DNA from: Octopus vulgaris
Lineage: Eukaryota
Length of the DNA: 64,000 bases
Direction: 5' to 3'
Assembly: GCA_951406725.2 (NCBI GenBank)
Contig: OX597820.1
Span: 119,350,001 to 119,414,000 of the forward strand
The number at the start of each line of letters is the position of its first letter. The stretch's first letter is position 1. The translations under genes were made by a program, and so were the position numbers. Below the pieces are notes generated by a model. That model was not told the origin of the DNA. It saw only the letters and a list, made by a program, of their open reading frames with translations, and ran no database searches. Shown here piece after piece: positions 13,690 to 26,358 of this stretch.

Positions 13690-13860
13690 GACAGGCTTCT
13701 TTCAGTTTTTCAGTTTCCGTCTACCAAATCCACTCACAAGGCATTGGTCGGCCCCGGGCTATAGCAGAAGACACTTGCCCAATATGCCACGCAGTGGGAC
13801 TGAACCCGGAACCATGTGGTTAGTTAGCAAGCTACTTACCACACAGCCACTCCTGCGCCT
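13436..13860 (-). mobile_element. SINE family A with TSD
   Basis: 17-bp TSD ATATATTTTCTTTCTTT (13419-13435, 13861-13877). Confidence 0.95.
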
Positions 13861-14206
13861 ATATATTTTCTTTCTTTCCATCTTTCTCTCTTTATTCCTT
13901 TCTGTTTGTCTTTTATGCTTTTTTTCTTTGTTGTTGAAAGATTTGAAATTCCTTTTAAGAAATTCTCCAAAAAACGCCGCATTTCATGAGAGTACTACTA
14001 CGACTCTAAAAATCTGAGATAGGAAATCACAGTATATCTGTCTGTCTGTCTGTCTATCTGTCTATCTATATGTGGTTTGCACCTGAAAAAAAATATGTTC
14101 AGGTATTCAGTGATACCTGCATGCCTTCCAATTTTAAGTCTATAAGATTTAAAATTGGTATCAATTTTACATTTACTCACTCTGAAGTCGATGAAATATC
14201 TATTTG

Positions 14207-14411
14207 AACATTATTTACATTATTTACATTTGACGGAATCAAAATTTTATTGTCTGGATATATTTTAGTAATTTAAAAGTAATTAATTCTCAAGTGAATT
14301 GAAAAATAGAATTACACGATGAAATTCATTTAATCAGATGATCTCTCATATCAACCCATATTAAATCGATTCCAGGCAGTGACTTGAATAATAATATTAA
14401 TAATAATAATA

Positions 14412-14442
<31 letters not shown>

Positions 14443-14444
14443 TG

Positions 14445-14529
<85 letters not shown>

Positions 14530-14705
14530 CAACAACAACAACATCGAAAAGTACCTTATGAATGAGAATCCAGGTTTGAAATTTCCCCAAGACACCTGAT
14601 GAAGGCTGGAGGGTATATCAGCCGAAAAGTTGTGTTAACAACAAACAAATATCCGTCAAATGTAAATAATGTACATAATTCCTCATCTCTTAAATATAGA
14701 ACTGT
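14207..14705 (+). mobile_element. Composite PLE-type insertion: inverted terminal copy + host-like segment + (AAT)n + pLTR with hammerhead
   Basis: 12-bp direct repeat AATATCTATTTG (14195-14206, 14706-14717). 14217-14238 is the reverse complement of 14653-14674. Hammerhead at 14591-14636. Confidence 0.75.
14591..14636 (+). ncRNA. Minimal type I hammerhead ribozyme motif
   Basis: gacac-CTGATGA-a-ggctg...cagcc-GAAA-a-gtt-gtgtt. Helices I and II pair; helix III is minimal, and the expected C after GAAA is A. Confidence 0.75.
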
Positions 14706-15149
14706 AATATCTATTTGTATTCAAGATCTAGTGTAGATACAATCGGTTTCATTCAACTAATTGTTGAAGCGAAAGCAAATATTTAGAAACTTAGAATATA
14801 TTTTTAGTATTTCAGAAAGAGTTCCACAAATGACAGCGTGGCCAATTCAACTAGTTATTGGCATTGTACTTACTCGATGTAGTGTTCTGGCTCTAGAAAA
14901 ATAGTTATACATACCTGTCATGTAACTTTTGTTTCAATGGAATATTAGTGGAGCATTCGTAGACAGGTTTCCCTCAAGGAAATAGTAAACACACTTACAC
15001 ACAGACACAGACACAGACACAGACACACACACACACACAATATAATGTCCTGGTTGGGCATAAATATAGGATATTTCCAGAGAAGCACTCAACCCGTGTT
15101 CTGTAGGAATCCAGATAAGTACCGAAATTCTTCAGGTGTAGAAAATCCC

Positions 15150-15450
15150 CGTTTCACTACGGTAATGCCATTCTGTGGGTTTAGCGAAGATCAAAATATT
15201 GTCCGAATAAGAAGACAAATAAATATTCCCTAAAAATTCATGATAGATCTACATGGGCTGGCGGTAGGTGCCTTAAAAACAAAACTGGATCTTCTCCTGT
15301 CAAAAGTTCCGGATGAACATATCTCGTGACAAGAAACGCAGATGAGGGTAGCTGTCCATCAACTGCCTCATTCACCAAATACCACATGTCAGAGGAGGTT
15401 CCAGGCAGTGAAATTGTAGAAGAGCTAACGGCAGTGACCGAACTGAAAGT
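15150..15450 (+). mobile_element. CR1-like LINE 3' end fragment
   Basis: KTKLDLLLSKVPDE...NCLIHQ remnant typical of CR1 RT C-termini. Confidence 0.6.
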
Positions 15451-15465
15451 AGTAAAGGATAAAAG

Positions 15466-15514
<49 letters not shown>

Positions 15515-15515
<1 letters not shown>

Positions 15516-16027
15516 TAGCAGTATCGCCCGGCGTTGCTCGGGTTTGTAAGGGAAATAACTATATAAGCATTTTTAGAGAGTTACTTCCCTTATAGATGCC
15601 AATTCGGGCTTTCTTAGCCATTTCTGTTTTGGTGTCTTCAAGCCATGAAGTCGTTGTTCTAAAAGAACGCTGGTCTCCTTGACAACGCTTTACGACGTTG
15701 ATTTCCTTACACTCCCTTCCCCACAGCTTCACGAGGGAGGGAAGAAGGGGGAGAAGCAAACAGGTGCAGGTGTGACCATGGACGCCAACTCCGCTGCCAT
15801 CGACACACGAAAAATTATGCATTAAAGTGGAATAAAAAATGATGTTAAATTATTTTTAAAATCGTAGACTCATCGTAGACGCGCGCTAATACTCAGACGG
15901 GCTCGATATGAATCACGACTATAAGATACCCGAATTTGGTTAAACTGCACCGCAAAATGTGGGAGTAGTTAGGAATCTAAATCGAAGGGGACAGACACTC
16001 ACACAACTACAGTTTTATATATATAGA
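15515..16027 (-). mobile_element. Non-autonomous Helitron
   Basis: Minus strand starts TCTATATATATAAA and ends with hairpin CCCGAGCAACGCCGGG then CTAG, between A and T. Confidence 0.9.
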
Positions 16028-16951
16028 TATAGATATATATACAGATAGAGAAAGCTAGCAGCAGGCAGGCAGGTAGGCATATAAGACTGAAAAAAAGTAC
16101 AGGAAATATATTTGGTAATTTAATGGTCCAAGTTCTTAAGGACACATTTGAATAAGAAATACATTAGTTTTACAATTTACTGGTTTATTACTGTGTTTAA
16201 TTTATCATTAGCGAGGTGACTAGAGAAGCATAGAACATTGCAATCTAGAATCTGCCACAAGTGATTGTTTAATAACAGACATAAAAATTCTGACTAAAGG
16301 TATTAAATACAATAGAATTTCTTATAGCCAAAACATATGCTGAACTCCATATATTTTCACATACTCGATCACGTATAAAAGGATATATACATGCTATAAT
16401 ATATACACACACTAATGCATAAAAGGCTTAAAGAAAATACGATAATGAATGAAGAAACACCATTAGTTTAGTTTTTTTACTAGGAGGCTTGCTTGTATTT
16501 CTGAAATGGTCACAAGCGAAGCAATGAAGAAATAAATTCATTTAACAATTCATGTCTTTCTTCGCGCTGTTGTAAATCTGAAGAACGTTTGTTATGTTAG
16601 AAAACCAATAATTAGAAGGAGTATCTACGCAGTTTCAGTAAATACAGCCAATCAACCTTGTTTGCACGCTGTTAAGATGAATGGAATTATAACAGGCTTC
16701 CGTAATCCGATAACTTTGAAATTAATGCCTGATTGCGGACGTTTCTTAAATGATTTTAGATGTCTAATTTACTCAGCCTAATTAAAATGATTCCATTCTC
16801 TGTTAGAAAATCACGCACACCCACACTCCCTTCTCTCGCCACATGTATAAGTATGCACATTTATTTACATACTATACAACAATCATTCATACACATACAA
16901 ATAACATGTTCAAAGTGCATGTATATATATATATATATATATATATAGTGC

Positions 16952-16982
<31 letters not shown>

Positions 16983-17494
16983 CGCTCAGTCTGTATACGT
17001 ACGTGTGTGTGCATGTGTGCATGTGTGTACATTTAGTTCTTTAAATCTCTAGTTTGTCTCATCCTCCCAATAAATATACCGAAGAACCGTCTTCATTTCA
17101 CAATGCTTTTGTTTCAAAACTGGGTCTGACGAAAGTTTTAATGTTATTTTGCTTTCTATGTACATAACATTTCTAATTAGCAGATCAACAAATCATGGGT
17201 TTCGGAAGCATATTTTGAAAACAGCTGATTGGGAAGCAGAGATTATAATGAATCAAGGGAAAATTAATGGTAAACCTTGATTTTGGATTACAAATTTAGG
17301 AGAATTGAAAGCATTTTGGAAATAAAATTTGGGTTCTGAATGTAATTCTATCAACGAGGTTGTTTTTGTTTTTTTAATGATAAAATTTGGATCAAGGTGA
17401 TCGATAAATATTCGTGCATTCCCAATTATGATTCCTGTCTGCATATAAAATCAGATATTTTTCTTGATGTCGTTCCAGAGCATAAGGATATAAT

Positions 17495-17640
17495 GCGCTG
17501 ATGCTTCGGCCGCGCGATCGAAGTCTGAAGTTACAGTTTCGATCTCAATGCATAGCAACTTATGAAGGTGTCTTTTACCGTATCAGAGTGTCTACCAATG
17601 CATTTGGAGTGAGATTCGTTGGACATAACATCCGTAGAAT
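17495..17640 (+). mobile_element. Old SINE family A 5' fragment
   Basis: Degenerate head, then gtgtcttttacc...accaatgcatttggagtgagattcg. Confidence 0.5.
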
Positions 17641-17992
17641 CCCTTTCCCATGAACTGTACTCAAAAATTAGAGGTCCACCTTTGATACTCCCACGTTCAT
17701 TTTGCTCGATAACTACATTCGATTGTGAAATGTTCGACCATTTACGTGTTTATGAGACAAGAGAACATTGAACTTCGAAACCGAAGAGGCAACTTACTGT
17801 TGTTATCTTGTTTACAATCTCAGCAATTGGTAACAAAACTTGGGTGTAGTATTTCAACTTGAACAGACCAAATTAATTGCATCAACAAAATTACTGTCAA
17901 TTTGCACATCACAAAAATTCAAAGTGCACCGCCATTAAGTCATACGAAGTTTGTTGACAGCCTGTGGATCATTGACAACCTGTAGATTGCTG

Positions 17993-18639
17993 TTTTACTT
18001 GTTTCAGTCATTTGACTGCGACCATGCTGGAGCACCGCCTTTAGTCGAGCAAATCGACCCCAGAACTTATTCTTTGGAAGCCTAGTATTTATTCTATCCG
18101 TGTGTTTTGCCGAACCGCTAAGTTACGGGGACGTAAACACACCAGCATCGATTGTCAAGCGATATTAGGGGAACAAACACACACACAGACACACAGACAC
18201 ACACACACATACACACACACACATATGTATATCACCTTCGAAACGTAGAGTAGATGAAACCATGGCGACTGAAGAAGGGGTTTTTCTTTGTGTTAATTGT
18301 CCTGTATTCTATTTTTTTGTTGTTTAAAAAAATGTCTATGTTTTCGTTTCTCATTGTGTTCGACGTTTTTTTGGTGTCCTGTACTCATATATGCGTGTAT
18401 ATATACATGTAGAGGTAGGTACGTACATATATGTATATATATATGCATACGTTTTTATTTATTAATATATATATACGACGGGCTTCTTCCAGTTTCAGTC
18501 TACCAAATCCACTCACAAGGCTTTGGTCGGCCCGAGGCTATACTAGAAGACACTTGCCCAAGGTGCCACGAAGTGGGACTGAAACTGGAACCATGTGGGT
18601 TTTAATCAAGCTGCTTACCGCACAGCCACTCCTGTGCCT
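17993..18639 (-). mobile_element. SINE family A interrupted in its internal microsatellite by a PLE pLTR-like fragment (~18230-18470)
   Basis: Tail 17993-18180 and head 18475-18639 match family A. The insert contains ccttcGAAAcgta and CTGAAGAagggg hammerhead half-motifs. Confidence 0.8.
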
Positions 18640-19195
18640 GACAGCCTTAAAAATAGGTTGCTATCTGCTTTCGACAAACTTGATCCTGGCTGAAAGATAT
18701 ATCTCTAAATACACATATTTCCAAAACATGAGCTTGTTCAGAGTTTCAAATTGTTCAGGTGATAGGCCCAGTTAATAATAGTTCATTTAGGATATTTTGT
18801 CTGTAGTAGAGGATATTATATTGCGGGGCATTCAGTAACACGTAATACAATTCTTCCGATTACTTATAACATGTAGGCCTTTTACAAACACATAGATTCC
18901 TTCGTTTGTCTAGGTTCTCAGCATCAGTTTATTGCGGTTGCAACATATACTCTTCATGAACGATTGCATACTAGTATCAACACTCTGTTGCCGGTGTATT
19001 TAAGCTTGAGTCGAATGATTTTCTTATTAGTTTTGGAAAACGATCTAACACTATCCAAGTTTAACGACTGTCATGTATGCAGGTCATCGTTCCTGTGAGT
19101 GACAAATATCAAATCATTTATCCTTATCTGTTGTATTGATAATGGTGGGCGTGAACTTCGTCTTACGCTTCCTCAGATGTACAGCTTTATTCATT

Positions 19196-19244
<49 letters not shown>

Positions 19245-19402
19245 TTGCGTCGGAAATTAATTTGCACTTCTCAAATTTCTACATTTTCTTACATTTTCTT
19301 AATTTAATTAACTTATTATCAGAAACGAACTCGTTTATAATCAAAAATTTATTAAAACATATCCCAGGACACCACATAATTGTTATTAATCGTGAAATTT
19401 AG

Positions 19403-20340
19403 TCAATATCTTGTTGCTCTTCCTTTGGCAGCAATGACAGCTGCTACGCGGGTCGGCATGCTGTCTATGAGTGTCTGCAGGTACTGTGCAGGGATGGCCC
19501 TCCATGCAGCAAGAAGTGCCCCAAACAGCTTGTGTCGGTTCAGGTCAGGTGACTGGCCAGGCCAGTCCATGACCGTCACCCCATGGTCCTTGAAGAAACC
19601 GATTGTGAGCTTGGCTGTGTGGGAAGGCACGTTGTCCTGCTGGAGCACGTAGTCCTCGCCACCAAAGAGGTATCCCGTACTATCTCAACGTACTTTGCTG
19701 CGTTGATGTTGCCTTCGACGGCATAGAGCCGCCCAACACCACTGTAGCTGAACGCCCCTCACACCATCAGACCACCCCCACCATGCTTCATGGTGAGAGC
19801 AATGCAGTCTTTGTTGAAGCGCTCACCCCTGCGGCGTTGCACATGGACAGGCTTGTCACTGACGAGACTGAATCGCGACTCGTCAGTGAACATCACTGTC
19901 CACCACTGCTGCACGGTCCATGTCTTGTGGGCACGGGCCCAGAGCAGCCGCCTCTTCCAGTTTTGGGCTGTAAGGAGCGGCTTATGGGCGGCCCTACAGG
20001 ATTTTAGACCAGCTTCCAGTAATCTGGTATTGACGGTGGTTGTAGACAACTGCTTCCCTGTCATCTTTTGCATCTCCTCCGCCAGTTGCTGGCTCGTTGC
20101 CCTTCGGTTGTACAGCGACTTTCGGATCAGCATCCGGTCCTCCCGCTGGGTCGTCAGCCTCTTCCGTCCCCTACCCTTTTTGTCAGCTGCTGATCCGGTT
20201 TCCTCGTATTTCTTAAATAAGCACTGAATTGTGCGCCTGGCTACACCAAGTTTTCTGGCTATTGCAGCCTCCGACAGCTTCCCACGCCACGAGAGAGCCT
20301 CGTACCGTCTCTCCAAGGTCATGCGAGGTCTTGGGCCCAT
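19403..20340 (-). pseudogene. Tc1 transposase with a stop, a frameshift and deletion of the catalytic E
   Basis: HTH (AAIARKLGVARRTI), GRKR linker, VMFTDESRF, KHGGGGLMV*, QQDNVPSH, WPGQSPDLN; the following PIENLW segment is missing. Confidence 0.92.
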
Positions 20341-20499
20341 CTAGGAATGAACGATAAAAACCAGTTATTTTTATTAAAACTATTCATTTGAATAATGTTA
20401 TGCTATAACAAAACTGCTATGAGTTATTATTCATTAAACAAAAAAGAAAGAAAGCAGAATTTCTCACCTTATTTGATGTATAACAGAAAGTTTTGTGAA

Positions 20500-20514
20500 C
20501 CAGAAGTGACGTCA
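20500..20514. promoter_or_regulatory. CRE palindrome with overlapping ETS-like half site upstream of the transposase
   Basis: CCAGAAGTGACGTCA, one mismatch from the composite CCGGAAGTGACGTCA. Confidence 0.35.
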
Positions 20515-20897
20515 TCAAGCAGAGTGTAGAAGAATTTGTGAGGAAAAAAATCTTGCAATTACACAAATTAATTAACCTACGAGCTGTTCAAAACGTCTTA
20601 CGCGATGAGAAAACTTAGTACGGTGTGATTTCGGTCCTTGCGAGGCGCTACCTATATCTATTAAACAAAGGAAGATTTGTCTGCATCCGCACTCCAAGTT
20701 GTTGTTGCACTGCTATGTCAACATCATTAGGCTGTAGACTCTCAAACTGCTCTGCAAACAAAGTTACGTCATCGTTCTGCGCAACAGTGAACTCACAACA
20801 AAGCAATAGTTCGAGATATGGCCACTAGGTGACAGCAAATACCTTGAGTGAAGAGAAAATCAACGGTGCTAATTAATTTCTGACGGTAGTGTATATA

Positions 20898-21098
20898 TAT
20901 AATAAAAGGGTAAATAATTTTTTCAATGGTTTTTCAGACAACCAACAATTATTTACCGGTAGATTTCGGTATGTAAATATGACCTTTAGCGTCGGTAACT
21001 TCTGTAGAGTTCAGTGTATATATAATATATAAGTAAAAGGGCAGGCAACAGGTTGCTCTGCCGCATACCGAAAGGATTAGAAATAGCAGTCTTTTACT

Positions 21099-21105
<7 letters not shown>
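20898..21105. repeat. Short (TA)n-embedded repeat with internal inversions (PLE-derived, tentative)
   Basis: TATATAAGTAAAAG (21026-21039) / CTTTTACTTATATA (21091-21104); tttcggtatg / cataccgaaa. Confidence 0.45.
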
Positions 21106-21171
<66 letters not shown>

Positions 21172-21178
21172 ATGTATG

Positions 21179-21209
<31 letters not shown>

Positions 21210-21724
21210 ATATATATAGGAACTTTCTTTTATATATGTATATATACAGCTACGTTATTAAATTGCAAAGAGGCAGCCATTAATTACCTGGCCGTATAGA
21301 TAAAGATAATTTTAATTGAAAACATGCATTCTGATTTTAAACAAAGATCCTGTACAATGGGCACGTTATGAAAGCATTTATACCGATATGGGTTGTACAG
21401 AATGAATTCGTCGGGGAGATCTCTTCGTGTTAAAATAGGAGTTGATTTTGACTGGCATTGTTTCACATGCCACTTAATATGTATATAACAGAGATGATAT
21501 TCTAGTGGCGGGAAACAGTTTAGGAAACAATACATACCTCAACTCGCAAATCATAGGAAAGTAACTTGTTCGTCAACGTTTCGAATTCATCAGGTAGCAG
21601 CCTGCCGGGTGCCTAAAGCTGAATCAACCTATTTACAGACACCCGATGGACAACGTGGTGCACATCTGCTGGAAATAGCAGCAATAACGTCATGAGCAAA
21701 ACCACTAGCACCAACTCCACTCGT

Positions 21725-22107
21725 GGAGGCGCAATGGCCCAGTGGTTAGGGCAGCGGACTCGCGGTCGTAGGATCGCGGTTTCGATTCCCAGACCGGGGG
21801 TTGTGAGTGTTTATTGAGCGAAAACACCTAAAAGCTCCACGAGGCTCCGGCAGGGGATGGTGGTGATCCCTACTGTACTCTTTCACCACAACTTTCTCTC
21901 ACTCTTTCTTCCTGTTTCTGTTGTACCTGTATTTCAAAGGGCCGGCCTTGTCACTCTCTGTGTCACGCTGAATATCCCCGAGAACTACGTTGAGGGTACA
22001 CGTGTCTGTGGAGTGCTCAGCCACTTACACGTTAATTTCACGAGCAGGCTGTTCCGTTGATTCGGATCAACCGGAACCCTCGTTGTCGTAACCGACGGAG
22101 TGCTTCC
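21725..22107 (+). mobile_element. tRNA-derived SINE family B, full length
   Basis: Head TGGCCCAGTGGTTAGGGC...GTTTCGATTCCC (A and B boxes); TSD CACCAACTCCAC (21709-21720, 22107-22118). Confidence 0.95.
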
Positions 22108-23587
22108 ACCAACTCCACGACATCTCTTACCATTTCCGATGGTCCCACAAAACATCATGGATACTGCTCCACTGATTAAGTCATCGAAGTAGAAAGGGAT
22201 CCTGTAACTAAGCCACAATCAAATGAAAAGAAAAGAGAATCGTTTGCTTCAAAGAATTAAATCTGTGCCAACATGGCAGAGTGGCAAAATATATTCTGTT
22301 GAAATAATCAGCATATTCTAATAAGAAGTGTGTGGTTTGGGAGTTTTAGAATGTAATACGCTGTTTCTATTGTATGAGGTCCTGAGAGAGAAGACTAATT
22401 ACTGCGATGTATACAAACACTACTTGTAGCCATTAGGCATTTGAGGTTCAATGTGAATGTGAATGGATTGAGTCAATGTGCAATTAAGTTCTACAATTAA
22501 AATTGTTGAGTAAGAGCCCTTGCAGGAGCTGGCTGTCAGTTATAGTTATCGTCATTAATTTACCACTTCGTCAGTGGTTTACAATTAAATTAATATTGTG
22601 CATGCGAAACAGGCTGTGCAGAATAATGAATAATAAACTTGCCGCTAACGTACATCGAAATGAAATTTTAATAAACACGGGAATTGCAACAACCTACCTT
22701 CGTGATTTCCCTTCATCGAAATAGGCAGTCATTATGCCTGGTCAAATACAAGTCCCTAAAGATGTTGAGCTACCATCAGGGAAGGTGACACAAGCTTATA
22801 TTTTGTTGCTAAAACACAAAATGGCATTAAACTTTCGAGTCTTAAACATCGAACTAGTAACGGGCGTGCGAAAAACATCAAAGAATATTTCATATATGCT
22901 CTAAAAAACAGTTCAACCCCAAAGAGATATCCTAGAAAAAGATTTGGGATCGAGGCTGCAAGTTAAAAAGTTATTTTCTATTTGCACAACCATATTACTC
23001 TTGTGCCTTGTTCTACATCCTAACTAAAAAAAAAACAGCAAATAAATCGTTCTCAAATCGCACAAACACACATATTTTGGTATATTTCCGTTGTCTTGAA
23101 CAATGGAATTCAATGTAAATCGGTTTGAATAAAACACTATATGGTCAAGAGTTCTTGGTGAGCGCTTAAGTGGGGAAAAATTAATAGTAGCAATGTCGGA
23201 TACATACGTTCTTTGCGGGGTTGTTAAAGAATTTACGTAGTCTTTTTACTCTTCGCATTTTGAGCTTCTTAAACACATAGTTTTGTTTGCCTCTGTGTTC
23301 TTAAACATTGTTTTGTGTTCTTAAATACATTGCTTTGTTTTTCGTTCTTATTTGCCCCACCATAATTGCTCTCACTTTACTTTTTGTAGCAACTTCTTTG
23401 TCTAGATGGCACGCCTCTCATGTCGTCAATTTTCCACCGCGAAAATTTCCCTATATCCCGTACTTTTATATACATACATACATACATACATACATACATA
23501 CATACATACATACATACATGCTGCATACATGTATGCATGCATGCGTACATACATACATAATACATGCATGATATGCACATAAATTAT

Positions 23588-26230
23588 ATCATCATCGTCA
23601 TCATCCTCATCCTCATCCTCATCTTCATCTTTATCATTATAATCGTTTAACGCCCGCTTTCCATGATGGCATGAGTTAGAGAGTTTGAGTGGAACTGGTA
23701 AGCCGGAGACCTGCACCACGTTCCAGTCTGATTTGGCATGGATTCTACGGCTGGTTGCCCTTCCTAACACCAACGACTCCAAGAGTGTAATGGATGCTTT
23801 TTACGTGCCACGGGCCATCTACATGACACAAGCAACGGTCACGATTTCGCTTTCACGGGTGCCATTCACATGAAATTGGCAACGGCCACGACTACGATTT
23901 CACTTGGTTTGACCAGTCTTCTCAAGCACAGCATGACTCCAAAGGATTCGGTCACATGTGATCACCTCCATTAGGCCCAACATTGAAAGATCGTGCTTCA
24001 CCACCTCGCCTCATGTCTTCCTGGGTTTACCTCTTCCACAGTTCCTTCCACAGTTCGAGATCAGCACTTCTTTACACAACTGTCTTCGTCCATATGCCTC
24101 ATATGACCATACCAGTGCATTCATGTCTCTTGCACTCAACATCTGATGCTTCTTGTGCCCAGTTTTTCTCTCAATGCATTTACTCTCTGTCACTCATGCA
24201 CACAGACATTGCTCAAAGAAATAAAACATACTGGCTTTATTTCTGTCAAGCCTTCGCGTGTCCTCTGCAGTCACACCCCAAGTTTCACTGCCATGGAGCA
24301 CAGCTGTTCGCACACACGCATCATACAGTCTACCTTGCAATCTGAGGGAGAGCCCCTTTGTTACCAACAGAAGTAGAAACTCTCAGAACATTGCCCAGCC
24401 CATTTTTATTCTATCAGCTACGCTCTCAGAGCATCCACCTCCATGACTGACTTGGTCATCCAGTTAATGGAAGCTATCAACTACTTCTAGTACCACCCCA
24501 CCATCGGATGGAGTCTATTTTCTTTAGTGTTTGTTGTAACTGTGTATCTGCCAACACAAAAACGATTTTGTCTGTTAACATTCCTCTCATGTCGCTGCAC
24601 CCTTTATATATACATAGTTTGCACCGGGTATATCTTATGGAATTTCTACCTCCACCTCTTCTACAGATGGAGCAGGGCAATCTGCCTCACGGTATTTGTG
24701 ATTAGTCCACTTTCCTACTTACTAAGGCTTTGGTTTTTGCTAGATTAACACTAAGGCCCTTTGATTCTAGATCTTGCTTCCACACTTGAAATTTCTTCTC
24801 TAGTTCTGGAAGTGGTTCCGCTATGTGAACAAGATTATCAGCAGAAAGGAGCTTCCAGGGGCAGTCCATATTAAATGCCCCTATTATTGCCTGGAAGACT
24901 ATGATGAACAAGAGACGGCTGAGGACTGATCTTGGTGAACTCCTACTTGTATCCAGATTTCATCGCTATACTCGTTGCCAACCCACACTTTCCTCACAGC
25001 GACCCTGTATATGTCTTGTATAGTTCTCACCAGCTACTCCTCTATCCCTAGTTTCCGCTTTGCCCACGAGATAAGGGAGCGGAGAACCCTATCAAAGGAT
25101 TTCTCCATGTCAATAAATGCCAAGTACAGAGGTATAATTTTAGCTAGATGCTTCTGTTACAGCTGCCTTACCAGAAATATAGCATCAGTGGTACTTCTCT
25201 CTGGTACAAAACCAACTGCATTTCATCTAGACTAAATATCTTCCCAATTAGTTGGTCTAAGACCCTCTCCATAGCTCTCATCGCCTGATCCAACACTTTG
25301 ATGTCTCTGTAATTATATCTATCTCAAGCGTCACATTTACCTTTGTAGCAGTTGATTATAATGCTGCTACACCAGCTATTGGGTGTGACTCACTCGTGTA
25401 CAACCTGGTTAGCTGTGTGGGTGATTAGGCCATCACCCACACCACCTGATCTTTTTAGCAACCCAACGGTGATTCCTGAGGGGCCAGGAGCTTCTCTGGT
25501 CTTGATATCCTTCATGGCCTTATCTACCATGCTACTGTATATTTGGATTGCTGGTCCCTCTGTTGGATCCACAATAGGCAGACACTTTTTCTCCTATGCT
25601 GTCTCTACATTTATTAGCCTCTCATAGTGACACTTTTAAACAACCTCTTTCCTTGCAGAGACCCTAACATACTTCTCACCAACAATATCTCAAATTTCCC
25701 TGGCACACTGTCATGTAAGCCGAAACACTTTACTATTTCTTTACTACACACAAGGGGCTAAACACAGAGAGGACAAACAAGGACAGACAAACGGATTAAG
25801 TCAATTATATCGACCCCTGTGCGTAACTGGTACTTATTTAATCGACCCCGAAAGAATGAAAGGCAAAGTCGACCTCGGTGGAATTTGAACTCAGAACGTA
25901 ACCGCAGACGAAATACTGCTAAGCATTACGCCCAGCGTGCTAACGATTCTACCATCTCGCCGCCGAAACACTTTACGCCGCCGCTTGTCACACTGCATAA
26001 CATTGTCAAATTTCTTTCTTTCTTATTCACCCCGTTACCGCCACCGTTCCAGTCCTTCCAAGCACTGTCAACTGTACTGTTCCACCACCACAACATCACT
26101 CTAGGTCAGGTAGAAGCCTTGCAACAACCACTGATTTGGCCTGTGCCTCGTAGCAAGTTGTCCCGTACGAACTTCTAATTATCCTCTAAATTGTAAGTCT
26201 GTAACTCCTCCTCCTAATCAAATGGTAATG
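23588..26230 (-). mobile_element. RTE-clade LINE, 5'-truncated and degraded, with (TGA)n tail
   Basis: KAPGPSGIT-like, GFVPERSTTDAIFLVRQL, LAFIDMEKSFDRV, WKLLSADNLV (YADD), VNLAKTK, CSIC motif, CGRGKPRKT. Interrupted by a SINE at 25734-25964. Confidence 0.92.
25734..25964 (-). mobile_element. SINE family C (GCCTTTCATCCTTTCGGGGTCG central domain) inserted in the RTE
   Basis: 15-bp TSD GCCGAAACACTTTAC (25719-25733, 25962-25976). Confidence 0.93.
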
Positions 26231-26316
26231 TTATACACACCGACACACACACACACACACACTCACACATATATATATATAAAACTTACTTGGAAGTTCA
26301 ATCATATACTAATATA

Positions 26317-26358
<42 letters not shown>

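Larger units (their letters stand above)
19242..20891 (-). mobile_element. Tc1-family (DD34E) DNA transposon in a (TA)n tract
   Basis: 26-bp imperfect TIRs CACTTGCGTCGGAAATTAATTTGCAC / CACTACCGTCAGAAATTAATTAGCAC; TA on both sides. Confidence 0.93.

Noticed and set aside
17253-17444. 63-aa minus-strand ORF in unique AT-rich DNA
   Set aside because: Weak donor and no recognisable motif.
21287-21502. Minus-strand open frame with AG/GT boundaries
   Set aside because: No recognisable protein, the nearest upstream donor would give a ~36-nt intron, and phases do not match the next minus-strand candidate. Needs RNA-seq.
21725-21800. tRNA-like sequence with A and B boxes
   Set aside because: It is the head of a SINE with a conserved body and TSD; no intact cloverleaf or terminator.
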